A stretch of DNA of 63,276 bases, counting the filler, from Octopus bimaculoides (lineage: Eukaryota): assembly GCF_001194135.2 (NCBI RefSeq). It is 5 parts of 5 records of this genome, joined end to end, with 100 filler letters (N's around TTAATTAATTAA, not from the genome) between each part and the next. Parts side by side here need not be neighbours in the genome. Positions count along the whole stretch, not along the records: positions 20,444 to 42,473 come from NC_068995.1; 4 more parts are not named here. One strand, given 5' to 3'. The notes under the pieces are model-generated. The model was not told the origin of the DNA and did no database searches. It worked only from the letters and a program-made list of their open reading frames with translations. The position numbers and the translations under genes are program-made. Below are positions 25,026 through 37,992 of the stretch, piece by piece (within the stretch, counting starts at the first letter, position 1; every line of letters starts with the position of its first letter).

Positions 25026-26708
25026 TTAACTGCTCAGCCATCTACTTTGCATTTCATCCTCTGGGAACTGACTAAATAATACCAATCAATGTATTGGGGT
25101 CTATGGATATAAGACTTAATCCATTGTCCAGATTAAGACAGGAGTTTAACACCATTGCCTTTAGTGGAAGAGTTCATTGTCTTGCAAGAATTTGAGCCAG
25201 GTCTCTTGTTTAACCTTTTAGCATTTAAACTGGTTATATCTGGCCCAAATATTCTACCTGTTTTATTATCAAACTGGCCAGATCCAGCTACTCACACCTA
25301 CTCTACAATGTCATTATAAAAATAAACGATCATATTTTCAAAATCTTGAAACTACAAGAGATACTACATGTTTAATTTAATTTTTTTAAATGTGGATAAA
25401 TAAGTATCATACATGATAAATTAAAGGATTCTTTCCTTCCCTCCTTCCCCCCCCCCCCCCNNNNNNNNNNNNNNNNNNNNNNNNNNNNNNNNNNNNTCTG
25501 TAAAATGCATCATGAGCACTGCTTTCCTTCGAGGAGTGAAATTCCAAATATCAACAGCATTTCCCTTCCACTCCCCACCCAAAAAAAAACGTTAATGTTA
25601 TAAATCATTGCTGAGATAAAATATTGAGAAAGAGCAGCAGAATGACAGAGTGTTAGATATCTGTCAAAATTTTTTTAAAAAAGAGTTGTTGTTGTTGTTG
25701 CTGCTGTTGTTGTTGTTATTGTTGTTGCTGCTGCTGTTGTTGATTGGTAGTTTTCAGATCAGTGATTAAATCAAATAAAATCTATACAATAACCGTCACA
25801 CATTCCATTTCTCTTGCAAATCATTGGCAGTTCTGCCTGTAACAGGACATAACACATTTTGTCTTGTTAGTCATAGTGGTTTAGGTATGAGGTATGTTAG
25901 TAGTAACACGACACCGTCAGTTGGTCATTAGTGAAGTGTGAACAATTTGCATAGCAAAAGATTTAAAAAAAAAAAAAAAGTAGTTAATCATACTAAGAAA
26001 AAGATTTATAAAAAGATTACAAAATCCCTATGTTAAATTATGTTTATGTGTCACCCTTTGATGCTGTTGTTGCTGTGGTATAAACCCCTGATTGACCCTG
26101 ATTCAACAGCTACATGATTAATGACATTCCAGCCATGACCATCTCTTCTTTTTGGGAGAATTTTCCAAACTAGTATATGACAACAGCGGTGCATCAGCAT
26201 GGCTGCAGATCTGAGCTGAAACTACAGCAAATNNNNNNNNNNNNNNNNNNNNNNNNNNNNNNNNNNNNNNNNNNNNNNNNNNNNNNNNNNNNNNNNNNNN
26301 NNNNNNNNNNNNNNNNNNNNNNNNNNNNNNNNNNNNNNNNNNNNNNNNNNNNNNNNNNNNNNNNNNNNNNNNNNNNNNNNNNNNNNNNNNNNNNNNNNNN
26401 NNNNNNNNNNNNNNNNNNNNNNNNNNNNNNNNNNNNNNNNNNNNNNNNNNNNNNNNNNNNNNNNNNNNNNNNNNNNNNNNNNNNNNNNNNNNNNNNNNNN
26501 NNNNNNNNNNNNNNNNNNNNNNNNNNNNNNNNNNNNNNNNNNNNNNNNNNNNNNNNNNNNNNNNNNNNNNNNNNNNNNNNNNNNNNNNNNNNNNNNNNNN
26601 NNNNNNNNNNNNNNNNNNNNNNNNNNNNNNNNNNNNGCCAGCCCCAAGGAAAAACTAAGCTAAGAGCATTAGATTCCTTGGAAGAAACCAGCGAATGTAT
26701 ACAAATAT

Positions 26709-26767
<59 letters not shown>

Positions 26768-26768
<1 letters not shown>

Positions 26769-27110
26769 GTAGCATCATCATCATCGTTGTCGTTTAATGT
26801 CTGCTTTCCATGCTGGCATGGGTTGGATGGTTTGACTGAGGACTGGCAAGCCAGAAGGCAGCACCAGCCTCCAATCAGATCTGGTAAAGTTTCTACAACT
26901 TTCTACAGTTCCTAATGCCAACCACTCCAAGTGGGTGCTTTTACATACCACCGGCACAAGGGTGTTTTTTACATTCCACCTGCACAGGAGCCAGTCTGGC
27001 GGCACTGGCAACAACCACGCTTGAATGTTGTTTATCACATACCACCGGCACATGTGCCAGTAAGGCGATGCTGGCAACGATCATGCTCGAATGGTGCTTT
27101 TTACATGAAT
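26768..27110 (-). mobile_element. RTE 3' UTR/tail
   Basis: Tail motif plus the ctggcaacga...atggtgcttttac tandem units. Confidence 0.87.
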
Positions 27111-27799
27111 ATATTGTCGTCTAAATTACACAAAAATGAAAATTACACTGACATCTCATTGTAACAGATATATTTACCAAAATTACATAAAAATATCTTG
27201 AAATACTAAAGAGTAAATTTTTTCAGTAAAATCGCCATTGGCTTCAATCACTGCCTCCAGACAACTCCGGAATCTCCTGGAACTCTTGTGGACGGTCTCC
27301 TTGTTTAAGTTGGTGAATGCTGTCATAATCCTTGCCTTCAGTTCATCTGTAGTGTCACAAAGAGTTTTGTTGGTCTCTCACTCAACAGCACCCCACACAT
27401 ACCAATCAAGAGGGTTGCAGTCTGGGGAGTTAGGTGGCCAGATGTTAAGGGTCGGTCTCCATATTGAGTATGAGGCCATCTGAGAAGATGAATGGAGGTA
27501 TAATGTCACCATCACTAGTGATCTCTCCAAATACCATGATGTTGACAGGATATTTGATTTTTATCACTTTTAGTACATGTTTTGGGGACACGGTAAGCCA
27601 ATGGTTGTTCTGTGTGTTCAACATCTGTTCGTATTGGAGCTTCCGGTGTGAATACCAAGCAGCACAGCATGTTGTTTCCAAATTTCTCACAGGGTCAATT
27701 GCATCATAATTGTCCTGTGTAATCAACAAAATCAAAAACAAGCAATGCGCTTGTGTGAAATTAAAAATATAAAATTGCACTGATTTACACATTGCACCC

Positions 27800-27803
<4 letters not shown>
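27110..27803 (-). mobile_element. Internally deleted Tc1/mariner element, maT (DD37D)-like
   Basis: VMVFGEITSDGDIIPPFIF joined to IWPPNSPDCNPLDWYVWGAVERETNK...LEAVIEANG; TIR-like tagggtgcaatgtg next to (TA)n at about 27800. Confidence 0.82.
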
Positions 27804-27833
<30 letters not shown>

Positions 27834-28589
27834 TACATATAGCTCTATGTTATCCGGTGTGTCCTCTTTCTTGAAAATAGTGTGACATGAAGGAGATTTA
27901 GCTGCTATTTCCAGTTGATCAGACAAACAGACGCTCGTTAATTGGCTTATCAGACAAAATACCTTGAAGCACTTGTTCCGGTTCTTTACATTTCGAGTTC
28001 AGATAACATTAAGTTCAACTTTTGTCTTCCATTCTTTCAGAGGTAATAAAATAAAGTACCAGTAATTGTCTAATCCCCCATCCCTCTAAATTGCTGGTTT
28101 TGTAACTAAGCAAAATCCTTATTGTTTGTACACATGGGTGAGCAGGACATACTCACCCAGGCAAAAACAAAAGTGCTTCTGCTAACATGTAATCCAGTGC
28201 AACTTCACACATGCACACACACACACATATATATACACGTATGTTACAGGTATGTACTGGTTGTATGGGATAATATGGTAACATTTTAATGTTTCTTTGT
28301 TTTGCTTTTTGTTTTTTTTGTTTTTTTGCAACGTGAGTGCTGTATATATTTGTATAACATTCTTGTTTAAGAATGAACCTGTACTCTACAAAATTATGGA
28401 GTAACCCATCAGATTAATGTAAACTTGTTTTTTATTGGAACTGAACATAAAAATAAATATCAGTATATATAGTCACCAGTCCTCAGTCAAGTCGTCCAAC
28501 CCATGCTAGCATGGAAAGCGGACGTTAAACGATGACGATGATGATGATGATGATATACACTAATGTATGTATGTATATATATATATATA

Positions 28590-28844
28590 TCTATATATAT
28601 AAAAATGAGAATGTGTGTCTGTCTGTCTGTCTGTCTGTGTGAATCCCTAAAACTCGAGAACTACGCAACCAATTTCATTCAAATTTTACACATGCCTTAC
28701 TTAGGGTTCCAGTTGTGTTTTAGTCACAAAAAATTATTAACTTCTTGCAGAGTTCGAGCACATGGCAACATAATATCTCCTCCACTATTTAAGTATTATG
28801 AGTCAAGAGTGAAACAAAAACACTCATGTCAAATACTTTCACTT
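28590..28844 (+). mobile_element. Helitron-like 5' end; 3' end lost in gap
   Basis: A|TCtatatatataaaa start, then (GTCT)n and ctacgcaaccaatttcattcaaatttt, typical of non-autonomous Lep1-type Helitrons. Confidence 0.6.
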
Positions 28845-29325
28845 NNNNNNNNNNNNNNNNNNNNNNNNNNNNNNNNNNNNNNNNNNNNNNNNNNNNNNNN
28901 NNNNNNNNNNNNNNNNNNNNNNNNNNNNNNNNNNNNNNNNNNNNNNNNNNNNNNNNNNNNNNNNNNNNNNNNNNNNNNNNNNNNNNNNNNNNNNNNNNNN
29001 NNNNNNNNNNNNNNNNNNNNNNNNNNNNNNNNNNNNNNNGTAGATGTATATATATATATAGATGTACATGTAATATGTACACATATATACATATATACAT
29101 GCATACAGATATCTATACATATATACACCCATCACACACACATACACATGCACACAAACACACACAACTTAACAACAATGGACATCCCATTTGATAAATA
29201 TAGAATAAACTCCAGCCAAACCAGTTTTAATCTACATTGAAATAAATTTCATTCTGTTGACAGTGCACTATTTACCATGGGGTATGACATGAGGGATATT
29301 GCAACCTACATGCCATCGTTTTATA

Positions 29326-30606
29326 TTAGGTCATCAAGTATGAAGTTTGTAGTAAGGTATATGGTTAACTTTGACAGCTGCTCATTTTGCTCCATTCTTA
29401 TATTTTGACAATCTTTATTTTTTGTTAGAAAGCTGACACATCTGTTTCTTTATTCTAACTCATTTTGTGCTTTATAAAGTATTTATAAATCGTTTTTTGC
29501 TATTTTTGTTTAGAGATGGATAAGTCAGAAATTCGTACAGTTTTGAAATATGAGATCTTTCTTGAAAATACAGCATCACAGGCAGCTCAGAATATTAAAG
29601 GAGTATTTCATTCCAATGTTATTGCACAGCAGACAGTATCAAATTGGTTTGCAAAATTTCTTTCTGGTAACTTTGACCTCCCAAATGAGCAACATGGTCG
29701 ACCAGAAACGAAGGTGGATAATGATGAACTGAAAGCCACCGTCGAGTCAGATCCATCTCAAAGTGCATCTGAATTATCGTTGTTGTTTGGTGTTAGCATG
29801 CAAGCAATATTGACTCACCTGGTTCAAATCGGTAAAGTGAAAAAGTTGGATAAGTGGGTTCCACATGAACTCAATGAAAATCAGAAACAGCAACGTTTGG
29901 AAGCCTGCATTATGCTACTTTCTCGTCACAAAAATGAAACATTTTTTAATCGGATTGTAACATGATGAGAAATGGATCCAATACAACAGCTGTAAACGTT
30001 CAGCACAATGATTGGACAAAGTCAAGCCACCAAAACACATTCCAAAAAGCAAAATTCATCAAACGAAGCCGATGATGTGTGTTTGATGATCTGGCACAGG
30101 TGTGATCCATTATGATTTCATTAAACCTTGCTCATCAATCACGGCCAAAATATACTGTAGCCAACTGGACCAAATGATGCAGAAACGTCCAAAAAAGCAG
30201 CCTAGATTAGTCAACTGATCCACTCCTATTTTATTGCAAGACAACGCCAGATCACACATCGCAAAAATGACATTGGCAAAACTACAGGAGTTGGAGTTGG
30301 AAGTTCTCCTTCATCCACAATACTCATCTGATCTTGTTCCCCCTGACGACCACGTCTTCCAGAATTTGGATAAGTTTTTGATAGGAAAAAAATCTAATTC
30401 CAACAATGCTGTAAAACAGGCCTTCCAAGATTCTATTGACTCTAGATTGCCAGGCTTTTACAGTTCCAGACTTGACAATCTACTGCTGAAATGGCAAAAG
30501 TGTATTGATAATATGGGTGCATACTTTGATGAATGAAACTATTCCTTGTATTTATAAAACATCAGCAATTTTTTTTTCTTTTCTATACATTTCATACTTG
30601 ACTTAA
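29326..30606 (+). mobile_element. Full-length (1281 bp) mariner transposon
   Basis: TIRs ttaggtcatcaagtatgaa / ttcatacttgacttaa with TA on both sides. Confidence 0.93.
29516..30536 (+). pseudogene. Mariner D,D34D transposase, cecropia/Hsmar1-like, disrupted
   Basis: QIGKVKKLDKWVPHELNENQK, IVT(C)DEKW with a 1-nt deletion, LLQDNARSH, YSSDLVPPDDHVF and KWQKCIDNMGAYFDE*; several stops. Confidence 0.95.
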
Positions 30607-31374
30607 TATATACATACATGTCTTCGTTTATTATACACCTATATACCTTTGTGTAGCTTATACGTATATGCATTTATTTATCATAACATCACATATCTTC
30701 TTCTGTTAAATTCTTTTGTATACATATCTTCATTTATTAAATGCCTAGATACCTCCATTCATTAACTATGAACATATGAAATTAGCTCAGCACTAACTCA
30801 CTCACTTCATAGATGAATGATTAATGAAAAAGGAGGACTTTGTGATTTGTTTTAAAATATGCAGACATTCAAAAGAGCAATCTACAAAATCATGAGTTTA
30901 TGCTTTTAAATAAATATGAAATTATATTACACGTGACTGAAATCTTTACAATAAGGTTTTCACAACATTTAATCAATGGCTGTGTTATTTCATTTCCTTT
31001 GTCGTTAAGAAATGCTTGACTATTTCACATAATGGAGTACAAATAGAAGTATTTTTTGTCAAAAACTATTGTCATGGTCCAACCAACTTTGTGATTTTGC
31101 TGCCAGTCCAGCTGAAATGTAACTGAAGCAAACCAGACTAAATAGTTTACTGCATACCAATAATGTCAAATACCACCAAGAGATGCATTTCTCAGGTTTA
31201 TATTTAATTTCTTTGAATATTAGGAACATATATAAAAGAAATATATTAGAGTCGAGTCAGTATTGTAAAAGAGGAAAACATTTTTGTACATAACTTCCCT
31301 TCCTTGTTACAAGAAACTATAGAAAAAATAGGACTTATTTGACACATTTTCTTTAAATTGATTCACTTAGTTAG

Positions 31375-31537
31375 GCACAGGTGTGACTGTATAGTGAGAA
31401 GCTTGCTTCCCAACTACATGTTTTCTGCATACCACCCTAGGTAGGTGTTTCCTACTATAGCCCTGGGTCAACCAATGCCTTGTGAGTGGATTTTGTAGAC
31501 AGAAACTGAATAAAGCTTGATGTCTATATATTATAAT

Positions 31538-31570
<33 letters not shown>

Positions 31571-31592
31571 GACATCAAGCTTTATTCAGTTT
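31375..31592 (+). mobile_element. SINE family A 5' fragment ending in a perfect 28-bp inverted repeat
   Basis: aaactgaataaagcttgatgtctatata (31503-31530) and its exact reverse complement (31565-31592) around a TA tract. Confidence 0.85.
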
Positions 31593-31909
31593 TATTCATG
31601 TAGCTTCTATGCTGGAGTGAAGGCAGCATGTTCTTTGTCTGTCTCCTTAACTCCTTGGAGATTTTAGGTATAATTATACTAACGTGTCCATCTGTTTTGA
31701 TTTAATTAAATTCTACGTCTTTGTACAGCTAAGGATTGCTCTACATTTAAATTGATGTAATGATTGCATTGTTCAATTAAATGGAGTTGCATGAAACGAT
31801 CGTACTGCATTACCTCTGGATATCCTTGTTGCTTATTTTGATACACATATATATATATATATCACACAAACATATATATGTGTGTGTGTATGTGTATGTA
31901 TATTCTTAT

Positions 31910-32270
31910 ATTCTTTTACTTGTTTCAGTCAGACTATGGCCTTGCTGGAGCACCCTCTTAAAGGGTTTTTTTTTAGTTGAAGAAATCGGCCCCAGGACTT
32001 ACTCATTGTAAGCCTAGTTCTTATTTTATCAGTCTCTTTTGCTGAACCACTAACTTATGAGAATGTAAACACACCAATATCAGTTGTCAAGTGATGTTGG
32101 GGAGACAAACGCAGACACAAAGACACACACACATAAATATATACATATATATATATATATATTATGGTCTTCTTTGAGTTTCTGTCTACCAAATCCATTC
32201 ACAAGGCTTTAGCCTGCCCAAGGTTATAGTAGAAGACACTTGCCCAAGGTGCCATTGAGTGGGACAGCAG
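31910..32270 (-). mobile_element. SINE family A, decayed
   Basis: Collinear reverse complement of the family A body. Confidence 0.88.
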
Positions 32271-32553
32271 TTGAACCCATGACATTATGATCATAAGCCA
32301 ACCACCTTAACTGCTTGGGCATGTGCCTTTATGTAAATAGCAGTTACAAAAGTTTAACTGTCACAAGAAACAATTTTAGAGTGATTCCTGCTAAGCTATA
32401 AACTTGTTGACTTCAGTATATTCCCCACTTCCATGGAATGTTGATATGATCAATAAACTGTCTCTATACAAATAGTTTTTCTACTTTCACTTTGAAGAGT
32501 ATCTGTTGCTAAATACCACTATTAAAATCTATTGAGAATTACACTTTTTTTAA

Positions 32554-32742
32554 GGCAGTTGGAAGATTGTTCATTTTGCAGTTTCATTTGGTGTGACAAT
32601 TCGTAATTCCTGTTTCTACAGAACCACCGATAAAGTTGCAGCAGAAGAAAACATGAAAGAGACTTTCTTCCAACTTGAAAGTGTAACAGTAGCTGGAGTG
32701 ATCAAAGCTGGACATGATTTTAATATGAAGAAAACAAAATAA
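32554..32742 (+). pseudogene. LINE apurinic endonuclease remnant
   Basis: CFYRTTDKVAAEENMKETFFQLESV...KAGHDFNMK fits the APE pattern YAPT...EExKExFYxxL...GDFNAK. Confidence 0.55.
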
Positions 32743-33079
32743 AAAAACAGCGCCATTTCATAGCACTTCTGGCAAATGTCTTCTACTTTAGCTTCGGGCT
32801 GACCAGAGCCTTGTGAGTGGATTTGGTTGACAGAAACTGAAAGGAGCCCTTTGTATGTTCTTAACTATGCACAAAATATGAAAACAAACTGTTTTTAATT
32901 TCCTATTTATTCTTATTCTCTAATTTTTTACTTTCAATTTTTGATATTTAATAAGAAAGACATGCACATTGAAACCGGTAATATTTATAAAAGTCACTCA
33001 ATGTAACAAATATAAAACAATCTTTAAACATACTTTTGTGCTGTTTCCACCTTTACCATTTAACTCTGTATGTGTGTGT

Positions 33080-33295
33080 GTTTTCATGTCTGTGTTTGTC
33101 CCCCACTACCGCTTGACAACCAGCGGGGGTGGGTTTATGTCCCTGTATCTCAACAGTTTAGTAAAAGTGACCAATAGAATAAGTATCAGGCTTTAAAAAA
33201 AAGTACTGGGATCAATTCGTTCGACTAAATATTCTTCAAGGCAGTGCCCCAGCATGGCCACAGTCTAATGGCTTAAACAAATAAAAGATAAATGA
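33080..33295 (+). mobile_element. SINE family A, 3' half
   Basis: ccgcttgacaaccagc...agaataagta...ccagcatggccacagtc. Confidence 0.85.
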
Positions 33296-33450
33296 TAACA
33301 TGCTTGGCTTAACTATATCTCTCCTCCTATAATAGCTGACCTTGTGCCTTGTCTTATAAGGCACTGTGTCTCATTAAGAGACAAAATGAATTCTAGCTTT
33401 GGGCAGCACTAGAATAGTAACTCCAAGCTTTTAATATTACAGCCATATGT

Positions 33451-33645
33451 AAGGCAGTGAGCAGGCAGAATTGTTAGCACACCAAACAAAATGCTTAGCG
33501 GGTATTTCGTCCATCTTTATGTTCTGAGTTCAAAGGTCAACTTTGCCTTTCATCTTTTTGGGATCGATAAAATAAGTACTGGTTGAACACAGTTGAGGCT
33601 CTCTCCCAAATTGCTGGCCTTGTGCCAAAATTTGAAATCAATATT
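33451..33645 (+). mobile_element. SINE family E
   Basis: Head gcagaattgttagcac...ttctgagttcaaa and core actttgcctttcatctttttgggatcgataaaataagtac; related pieces at about 27960-28090, 36785-36870 and 53375-53480. Confidence 0.72.
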
Positions 33646-33824
33646 AATGTTATATGTGGAGTGGCTTCTAATCAGGACAATGGCTAACAATAGATTTTTA
33701 ACCTCGTTATTTCATCATCATCATCATATGTTTGTTTCCCATCACCATCCAGTTAACAAAAAAAAAAAAAAGAGCAGTATGTCAAATAATGGATCCAACA
33801 AATAACTAAATTTATCCATTATCT

Positions 33825-34105
33825 TTTACTTGTTTCAGTCATTAGACTGGAGCCATGCTGGGGCACTGCCTTGAAGAACTTTTAGTTGAATGTATCAACC
33901 CCAGCTTTTACTTTTTATAAGCCTGGTACTTATTCTATTGGTCATTTTTGCTGAACTGCTAAGTTACAGGGATGTAAGCATATTAGCACTGGTTGTCAAG
34001 CAGTGGTGGGGGGACAAACAAAGACACACACACACACATATAGACATATATATACACATATACACAATGAGTTCTTTTAGTTTCCATCTACCAAATCCAC
34101 TCACA
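33825..34105 (-). mobile_element. SINE family A, 3' two-thirds
   Basis: Reverse complement of the family A tail and body. Confidence 0.87.
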
Positions 34106-34810
34106 TGGCTTAAAGAAATGAAAAAAAAACCCCACCCTTGAGAAATGGTCCTAAGGAAGGGGGGGAGGATGTGCCATAGATTAGCAGTAAACTTAACTTG
34201 TTGCTTGGTGCTTTGATTTTCCAGCTGGAACCAGTTTTGGTAACTTTACTGCAGAAAACCTTTGGAAAAACAATTATTTCAGTTAACCCTCACTTGTAAA
34301 CTTTCATATCAACCTAAAAAAAAATCATTTATCTAAACACAAACTTGTTTATAAGTCTTCCATGAAACAGGTTTGGACAAGGGAAGTTTTCTACTTCTGT
34401 CTCTCCTCCTCCTCCTCACCTCTGCCTCCCTCTTCTTTTTCTTCCTATTTTTCTACTTCCCTCTCCTGTTCCTCTTTCCTCCTCCTCCTTCTCATTCTGC
34501 TTTCTTTTAGATCTAGACTGGTAATGAAATGCCACTACTACAAATTTTCAACATTCTGATGATAGTGGTGACTGTGGATGTTAATGGTGGTGGTGGTAGT
34601 GGTGGCAGTAGGTAAAAAGTCAACAAGAAACTTGTTATATCTATCTCCCCTCTCACCCACCACTAACTCTTTCCCCCCTACCACTACTGCCACCACTACC
34701 ATGACTATCACCACCCATTTACAGTTAGCTGCCAAATCTACAATAAACACATGACTTCCTCCAAGATATTTCCCTGTTTTCCAGAAATTCTGTCCCAACT
34801 TTTATAATTA

Positions 34811-35497
34811 CTCTTATACTTGTTTCAGTCGTTTGACTGCGGCCATGCTGGAGCACCGCCTTCAGTCGAGCAAATCGACCCCAGGACTTATTCTATGTAA
34901 GCCTAGTACTTATTCTATCGGTCTCTTTTGCCGAACCGCTAAGTTACGGGGACGTAAACACACCAGCATCGGTTGTCAAGCGATGTTGGGGGGACAAACA
35001 CAGGCACACAAACACATATATATATACATATACATATATACGACAGTCTTCTTTTAGTTTCTGTATACCAAATCCACTCACAAGGCTTTGGTCGACCTGA
35101 GGCTATAGTAGAAGACACTTGCCCAAAGTGCCACGCAGTGGGACTGAACCCGGAACCATGTGGTTGGTAAGCAAGCTTCTTACCACAGCTGTGTGGTAAG
35201 AAGATTCCTTCTTATCTACATGGTTCTGGGTTCTGTCTTCAAGTGTCTTCTACTATAGCCTCGGGCCAATCAAAGCCTTGTGAGTGGATTTGGTAGACGG
35301 AAACTGAGAGAAGCTTGTTGTATATATCTCTATATGTGCATGTGTCTTTGATGACTGGTACTGATGTGTTTATGTCCCCATAACTTAGCAGTTTGGCAAA
35401 AAGACTGATAGAATATATAAGTTCTTGGGGTCAATTTGTTCGACAAAAGGTGGTGCTCCGGCATGGCTGCAGTCAAATGACTGAAACAAATAAAGGA
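34811..35497. mobile_element. Head-to-head pair of family A SINEs
   Basis: Minus copy 34811-35187 abuts plus copy 35192-35497; junction cttcttaccaca-gctg-tgtggtaagaag. Confidence 0.92.
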
Positions 35498-35659
35498 ATA
35501 GATGAAATGCCACTAACCATTTTGTCCTGCATGCTGCAATTCTGCCAGCTCACCACCTTAATAATTCTAGCAATGATAATAATATCATATACACAGTGAA
35601 GGCACGTGGCTCAGTGGTTAGGGTATTCAGTTCGTGAGAGGTAGGTGAATCACGCTTTC

Positions 35660-36320
35660 ATCATTATCATCATCATTGTTTAATGTCCGCTTTCCATGCT
35701 AGCATGGGTTGGACGATTTGACTGAGGACTGGTGAAACCGGATGGCTGCACCAGGCTCCAATCTGATTTGGCAGAGTTTCTACAGCTGGATGCCCTTCCT
35801 AACGCCAACCACTCCGAGAGTGTAGTGGGTGCTTTTACGTGCAACCGGCACGAAGGCCAGTCAGGCAGTACTGGCAACGGCCAACTCAAAATGGTGTATT
35901 TTACATGCCACCTGCACAGGAGCCAGTCCAGCGGCACTGGCAACGACCTTGCTCGAATGTCTTCTCACGTGCCACCGGCATAAGTGCCAGGAAGGCAACG
36001 CTGGTAACGATCACGCTCAAATGGTGCTATTTACGTGCCACTGGTACGGAAGCCAGACAGCTGCTCTGGCAACGATCACATTCGGACGGTGCTCTTAGCA
36101 CTCCACTGGTACAGGTGCCATCACGATTTCGCTTTCACTTGCCCCAACAGGTCTTCGCAAGCTGAGTTTAGTATCCAATGAAGGAAAGGTATGCATAAGT
36201 GGGCTGGCAACATCCCTGGCAGAGGCCTTGGATTATGGTCTCACTTGGCTTGTCGGGCCTTCTCACGCACAGCATATTTCCAAAGGTCTCAGTCAGAAGT
36301 CATTGCCTCGTCAAGGCTTT
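35660..36320 (-). mobile_element. RTE 3' end: complete 3' UTR plus last ORF2 codons
   Basis: (GAT)n tail, about four ~65-bp tandem units; 36130-36310 aligns with 59780-60050. Confidence 0.92.
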
Positions 36321-36469
36321 GTTCCTCATATTTCAAGCGATTTCAGCCTTTGAGTATTTTGTTTTTGTCTTCTACTACAATATGTCAGCAAAAATAAGGA
36401 TCGGTAGTGATGCCACCAAACCTTTCTGTGACGAGGGAGATGTTATTGCCTAGATTCAGAAAATCAAGG

Positions 36470-36640
36470 TATTCGCGGGGGGGTATTAAAAGGGCTAATA
36501 ATATCAATGAGAAAAGATGTTTCTCCTGGTCTTTGCTGTTGTAAGATACTCCTCAGAAATCCTTTCAAAATTCGTCTGGTCACATTATTAATCACCCAAA
36601 AGAGCCAGGATAACATAACCATTCCAATATTGATAGAGTT
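36470..36640 (+). pseudogene. Possible FLYWCH/MULE transposase remnant
   Basis: GY...KRANNINEKRCFSW...GHIINHPKEPG*HNH spacing resembles FLYWCH; needs frameshifts. Confidence 0.25.
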
Positions 36641-37869
36641 CCAAGAAAGTTTCTTGGAACACTTCTCAGTCAATTTTTGATTTTGTAAAGAAAGTATCGT
36701 TGATGGCTACATCTTCATTTTCTTACCTGTTAAAATATGTCTTTTATCAAGGGTCATTTAAATAAAGAACTTGTCCAAGATGGAAATCAGTGGAATCATT
36801 AGAACAATAAACAAAATACCTGGTGGTATTAGTTCCGGTTCTTTGCATTCGAAGTTCTTGGTTGTAGCCTTTGTTCAATGTCCAATTTAACGCCAGCACC
36901 TGGTTCTAGGGTGTCTTTGGCAGAGGTCATTTTTTGGCAAGTATTCAAGCTGGGTTTTGATTAACTTGAACAAAAAATAAAGGCTCATGAACTTAACTTT
37001 CTGACTAAATGTCAAAAACATAAACACACGTGTATGTGTGCGTGTACGTACAGGTGTGTAGATAGATAGATAGTAGATAGATAGATAGATAGATAGATGC
37101 ACGCATACAAACATACATGCTTCGGTGTATGCATCGACAGTTCAATCAACACACCAACTCAACCACATATTCACAAATACCGGGAACTCTCTTAACTCAA
37201 AAAAGTCTTGTCGCTTTGTTAGTAACAGGCTTGAACTCTCTCAAGAACTTACGTAAAACTCGAAGAAAAATCATGCACACATACATACATAGGTGTGTAT
37301 GTGCGCGCGCGCGCATGCATCGCTTTTTATTTATGTTGTACAACATAAACTGCATGACTGTTAACATGTAAGCATTCTTTCGATTAAAGTAGCACCGAAA
37401 GAATGCCAACATACAATCAGGTACAGCCTGGCATAAACACACGCACACACAATTCATACTTATTCCCGAGCACGCATTTACGTTTATACATACAAACAAA
37501 CGTATACAACACATATAAACTGAAGTTATTGTACTCAATATATATATGTGTGTGTGTATATATAGAGAGGGGGGGGGGAAACACACATACATAAGCACGT
37601 AACCACACGGGACGATTAACACACCCTCATTTACCCAGTGATCCGTCTATTTTTAATCAATGTAACAGAAGTAAACGAAAGTTATCCTTACACCAGATAT
37701 CCTAATCACATAGTTTATTATAAATTGTTTCTTAATCAATTAATCTAGTAGATTAACCGCTACATTGGATTACTTTTCAGATATAAAATAAAATTATCTT
37801 TAAAGTTTCTCATATTACTTTTTTGAAGGAAATCTATTCGGTGTAGTCGTTGCTTGAAACAAATTTCTT

Positions 37870-37992
37870 AGGAACTATTTTGTTCATCGCGGAAGGATTC
37901 CGTTTGCCACGTATTAAAAAGGTAAAAGCGCTGCTAGCACCGGTTTATTTGAAGTTTGTTTCCTGGAGGAGACGGACGCATCTTGATTAAAG
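37870..37992 (+). promoter_or_regulatory. Candidate non-coding first exon in CpG-rich DNA (5' boundary unknown)
   Basis: Donor AAG|GTAAGG at 37992/37993 followed by T-rich intron-like sequence. Confidence 0.35.

Noticed and set aside
32554-32742. 62-codon open frame with good acceptors as a terminal host exon
   Set aside because: Better explained as a decayed LINE endonuclease (xxGDFN-like motif).
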